Shown here one piece after another: positions 47,186 through 50,571 of a stretch of DNA of 50,571 nucleotides. A program made the translations under genes and the position numbers. Position 1 is the stretch's first letter. Every line of letters begins with the position of its first letter. The DNA comes from Caldimonas sp. (lineage in GTDB: Bacteria; Pseudomonadota; Gammaproteobacteria; Burkholderiales; Burkholderiaceae_C). The DNA lies in the NCBI GenBank assembly GCA_035555295.1, contig DATMGW010000178.1, forward strand, positions 1-50,571, read 5' to 3'. Under the pieces are notes generated by a model. The model was not told the origin of the DNA. It saw nothing but the letters and a program-made list of their open reading frames with translations, and did no database searches.

Positions 47186-48448
47186 ATGAAGACACTCAGT
47201 TCCGCACGTTCCCACGTTCTGGTCCTGCTCGCGGTCCTGCTGTCGGCGAGCTGCGCCGCGCCGGAGAGTGCTCCACCGCCCGCGGCCACGACCACGGCGC
47301 CGCCGGCACCCCCGCCGCCGCCCGCGCCGCCGCCGCCCGCGCCGCCCGCGATCGTACCGGCGCCCTTTGCCGACGCGGTCTCGCGCGCCGGCGACCGGCT
47401 GCTGCAGGACGCGCAGGCGAGCGTCGGCAGCGAGCCGCGTGAGCTCATCATCGACCCCCTGATCGACGCCAGCACCGGCCAGCAAACAGGCGGATCGGTG
47501 CAGATGGGGCAGCAGCTCGCGGCGCTGATCAAGACGCGGGCGCCGCAATGGGACGTCAAGCCATTGACCCGCGCCGGACTCCTGAATCGGCCGCTGCTCC
47601 TGATCGGCACGCTCACCGCGATCAACTCGAAGAATGCGAAGGACGAAAACGCCGACGTGTTTCGCATCTGCCTGGTCCTGATCGACCTGCGCACGGGCAA
47701 ACTGGTCGCCAAACGCCTTGACCGCGCGACGGTCGCGACCGTCAATGCCGAGCCGACGACATTCTTCCGCGACAGCCCGACCTGGGCGCTCGACAAGACG
47801 GCCGTCGCTTACATCAAGTCGTGTCAGGGCAGCTCGCCGGGTGACACGATCGATCCGGCTTATCTGCTGCGCCTGCCGACGGCAGCGATCATCAACGAAG
47901 CGCAGATCGCTTTCGCCGCCAACAAGACGGCGGAAGCTTACAAGCTGTTCCACGAGGCCGAGCCGATCGCCGACCGCGACGATCTGCGCGTCCTGAACGG
48001 CCTCTATCTCGCGAGCTGGCGCACCGGCAAGAAGAAGGAGGCCGCCGAGACCTTCGGCAAGATCGTCGCCGTCGGCCTCGATTCGAAGCGCCTGCCGATC
48101 AAGATCTTCTTCAACCCTGGCGCGACAACGATGCTGCAGTCGTCCGACCTGCAGTCGCAGTACGCGGTCTGGCTGCACGAGGTGGCGTTGCAGGTCGGGG
48201 TGCGCGAGACCTGCATGAGGGTCGTCGGCCACACCAGCCGCACCGGAGACGCGACGGCCAACGACGTGCTCTCGCAAAAGCGCGCGGCTGTCATCAAGCA
48301 AAGCCTCGAGAGGCAGAACAAGAAGCTCGGCACCCGCATCGCCTCCGATGGCGCCGGTTCGCGCGAAGTCATCGTCGGCCTCGGCACCGACGATTTGCGC
48401 GACGCCCTCGATCGTCGCGTCGAGTTCCGCACCGTCGACTGCCGCTGA
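47186..48448 (+). CDS. Lipoprotein with C-terminal OmpA-like peptidoglycan-binding domain
   Basis: Lipobox LSASC, Pro-rich linker, C-terminal VVGHTS..G...NDVLSQKRA...DRRVEF. Confidence 0.85.
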   Translation: MKTLSSARSHVLVLLAVLLSASCAAPESAPPPAATTTAPPAPPPPPAPPPPAPPAIVPAPFADAVSRAGDRLLQDAQASVGSEPRELIIDPLIDASTGQQTGGSVQMGQQLAALIKTRAPQWDVKPLTRAGLLNRPLLLIGTLTAINSKNAKDENADVFRICLVLIDLRTGKLVAKRLDRATVATVNAEPTTFFRDSPTWALDKTAVAYIKSCQGSSPGDTIDPAYLLRLPTAAIINEAQIAFAANKTAEAYKLFHEAEPIADRDDLRVLNGLYLASWRTGKKKEAAETFGKIVAVGLDSKRLPIKIFFNPGATTMLQSSDLQSQYAVWLHEVALQVGVRETCMRVVGHTSRTGDATANDVLSQKRAAVIKQSLERQNKKLGTRIASDGAGSREVIVGLGTDDLRDALDRRVEFRTVDCR

Positions 48449-48528
48449 GCGTCGCCCGCCGGGCGCGAGGTCGCGCACGGGCAACGCCCGGCTGCCGCGC
48501 GGCGCCGGGTTCGGGTAAGGTTCGGCGC

Positions 48529-49524
48529 ATGCCGCCGCACCGGCCCGCGTCGCTCTTGCGCTGCGTCTTCGCCGTGGCGGCCTGCGCCGCGCTGCTTGCC
48601 GGCTGCGCTTCCGGGCCGCGCAAGGGAGGCGACGGGCCGGGCGAGCATCCGCCGCCGGGCCTGGCCAGCGTCGCCGACGCCGAGCCGCGCCTCGAGACGA
48701 TCCGGCCCGGCGGCGCCAACAAGCCATATCAGGCACTCGGCCGCGAGTACGTGCCGATGACGCGCGACCTCGCCTTCTCCGAGCGCGGCCTCGCCTCGTG
48801 GTACGGCCGGCAGTTCCACGGCCGGCGCACGGCGAGCGGCGAGCCGTACGACATGTATGCGATGACGGCTGCGCACCCGACGCTGCCGATCCCGAGCTAC
48901 GCGCGGATCCGCAACCCGGCGAACGGTCGCGAGGTGATCGTTCGCATCAACGACCGCGGCCCCTTCCACGCCGGTCGCATCGTCGACCTGAGCTACACGG
49001 CGGCACTGCGCCTCGACCTGCTGCGCGGCGTCGCGCCGGTCGAGCTCGAGCGAATCACCTACGACGAGATCCGCGCCGGAACGTGGCGACGCGATGGCGG
49101 CGATGCGACCCGTTACGCGGCCGCGCGGTCGGCCCGTCCGCCAGCGGACGAGCGAGTCGCTGCCGCTCCCGAGCTGGCGGCGATGGCGGCGCTGCCGGCC
49201 GAGGCGGTCGTCGACGCGTCGCTGCGACCGGTCGGCGCCGCATCGGAGGCAATCGCCGCGCCCGTTCCGGTTGCCGCCACGGCGCAGCCGCGCGGCTTCT
49301 GGGTCCAGCTCGGGGCGTTTCGCGAAGCGAGCGGCGCCGATTCGTTCCAGCGCCACGTCGCCGCCGACGTCGATTGGCTGATGCCGTTGCTTGCAACCTT
49401 CGGCGATGCGTCGTTCTTCCGCGTCCAGGCCGGCCCGTACGCGAATCGCGACGAAGCGCAGGGCGCGGCGGCGCGCATCCGCGAAGCGCTCGGCCTCGTG
49501 CCGATGATCGTCGAGCGGCGCTGA
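48529..49524 (+). CDS. rlpA: Septal ring lytic transglycosylase RlpA with SPOR domain
   Basis: Lipobox LAGC; GLASWYG, TAAHPTLP, RINDRGPF, IVDLS; SPOR motifs WVQLGAF and RVQAGPY. Confidence 0.93.
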   Translation: MPPHRPASLLRCVFAVAACAALLAGCASGPRKGGDGPGEHPPPGLASVADAEPRLETIRPGGANKPYQALGREYVPMTRDLAFSERGLASWYGRQFHGRRTASGEPYDMYAMTAAHPTLPIPSYARIRNPANGREVIVRINDRGPFHAGRIVDLSYTAALRLDLLRGVAPVELERITYDEIRAGTWRRDGGDATRYAAARSARPPADERVAAAPELAAMAALPAEAVVDASLRPVGAASEAIAAPVPVAATAQPRGFWVQLGAFREASGADSFQRHVAADVDWLMPLLATFGDASFFRVQAGPYANRDEAQGAAARIREALGLVPMIVERR

Positions 49525-49549
49525 GGGCTTCGCGACAGCAGGCGCTGCG

Positions 49550-50571
49550 ATGGGCTACTCGACCGGCAAGCTGCTCTTCATCTTCGTCGTGGCCGTCGTG
49601 CTGTCCGCGCTCGGTGCCTGGATCATCGCGGCACGCTATCGAGCCACGATGCTGGCGCTGATGAGCGGATCGGCCGGCGCCGGCGCTGCGACCGACGCTG
49701 CTGCTGCGCCCGGCGCCGCCGCCGCGATCGCTCCGTGGCTCGTCCCGGCGTCGGAGCCGGCAGCAACGCTGGCCGCGAACCGCCGGGCCGGCTGGCACTT
49801 GACGATCGCCCTCCTCGTGCTCTCGCTGCTCGTCGCGACGAGCAGCGCCGCGCTGCAACTCCTCGAGATGCTCGGCGTCGCCGGCTGGTCGGTCAAGCGG
49901 CTGGGCGTCCTGGCCGCGGTCCAGCTCTGGCCGGTGCTGCCGGCGCTGGCCATCGTCTGGCGCTGGTCGCGCCTGCGACTTCTCTTTGCCTTCGTCGCCT
50001 TTCTCGTCGCGTCGTTCCTGCTCATGCTCTGGCGATCCGAGGTCGCGCAGCCGCTCATGCTGCTGCGCTATCTCGCCCTCGAAGTCGGCCTGCCCTTGTT
50101 CCTGATCGCACCGCTTTGCCTCGGCTCGTCGACGCGGGCGATCGCTCCCTGGCTGCTGCCGCCGATGGCGGGGCTCGTCTGGGCGTCGATCGCCGGCATC
50201 GACGCGCTCGCCTATTTCCTCCAGCGCAAGGCCGCGTGGCTGGTGTCGCTCTCCGATGCGATCGGCGCCGAAGCGGTCTGGGCGCTCTTCGCGCTCGTGC
50301 CGTGGCTCATCGCCTGGTGGCCGCTGCAGGCCCTCGGGCGTGCCTTCGCGCGCGCCTACACGGCGCGCGCCGTCTCCGAGCTGAGCGTGCAGTTCACGGC
50401 GGTGTGGATCGTGCAGCTGATCTTCGTCGCCCTCGGCGCCGCAAGCGATCGCGGCCTCGGCGGGCTCGTCATGCTGTTGCCTGCACTCTGGATTCCGTTC
50501 GGCTTCGCCGTCCTGGCGAGCCGGCGCCCGGGCGCGGCGCGGCCGCCGACGCTGCTCGTGCTGCGCGTCTT
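49550..50571 (+). CDS. Hypothetical multi-pass membrane protein (runs off the window end)
   Basis: ATG 49550, MGYSTGKLLFIFVVAVVLS...; many hydrophobic segments, ends ...RPPTLLVLRV at the edge; absent from the ORF track because it has no stop. Confidence 0.75.
   Translation, partial: MGYSTGKLLFIFVVAVVLSALGAWIIAARYRATMLALMSGSAGAGAATDAAAAPGAAAAIAPWLVPASEPAATLAANRRAGWHLTIALLVLSLLVATSSAALQLLEMLGVAGWSVKRLGVLAAVQLWPVLPALAIVWRWSRLRLLFAFVAFLVASFLLMLWRSEVAQPLMLLRYLALEVGLPLFLIAPLCLGSSTRAIAPWLLPPMAGLVWASIAGIDALAYFLQRKAAWLVSLSDAIGAEAVWALFALVPWLIAWWPLQALGRAFARAYTARAVSELSVQFTAVWIVQLIFVALGAASDRGLGGLVMLLPALWIPFGFAVLASRRPGAARPPTLLVLRV

Noticed and set aside
47275-47350. CCG-rich repeats as a tandem repeat or array
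   Set aside because: They encode the poly-Pro linker of the OmpA lipoprotein
1-50571. CRISPR arrays, tRNA/rRNA, IS elements, prophage
   Set aside because: No regularly spaced repeats, RNA gene signatures, transposase, integrase or phage genes seen; intergenic gaps are about 250 bp or less

Overview
A very GC-rich, densely coding chromosomal window whose gene content suggests a betaproteobacterium, probably Burkholderiales (inference). It holds about 50 CDS. I found no rRNA, tRNA, CRISPR array, integrase or transposase. From left to right: (1) a hexuronate/aldarate catabolic locus (GarL-type aldolase, FadR/GntR regulator with visible palindromic operators, uronate dehydrogenase, TRAP transporter, lactonase); (2) a second TRAP transporter with a class II aldolase, divergent from a beta-hydroxyacid dehydrogenase and an IlvD/Edd dehydratase; (3) a long minus-strand run with a Rieske oxygenase alpha/beta pair, a Liv-type ABC transporter, an arylformamidase-like hydrolase and an aldo/keto reductase; (4) directly upstream of the Rieske gene, an unexplained helical ORF joined in frame to a CesT/type III secretion chaperone-like domain, with an apparent frameshift; (5) mixed genes: penicillin acylase, RibD-C, DUF3297, a Lys-rich protein, an amber-interrupted class II aldolase, a serine hydrolase, a Bug/TctC receptor, an atypical subtilase, GDPD, Pcm, a TPR lipoprotein, ABM/NIPSNAP/ArsR, gentisate dioxygenase, WS/DGAT, a diguanylate cyclase, a UvrD-family helicase, CsbD, an OmpA lipoprotein, RlpA and a truncated membrane protein. 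The best novelty candidate is the orphan client-plus-chaperone module at 22347-23598. All product calls come from reading motifs by eye; no searches were run.
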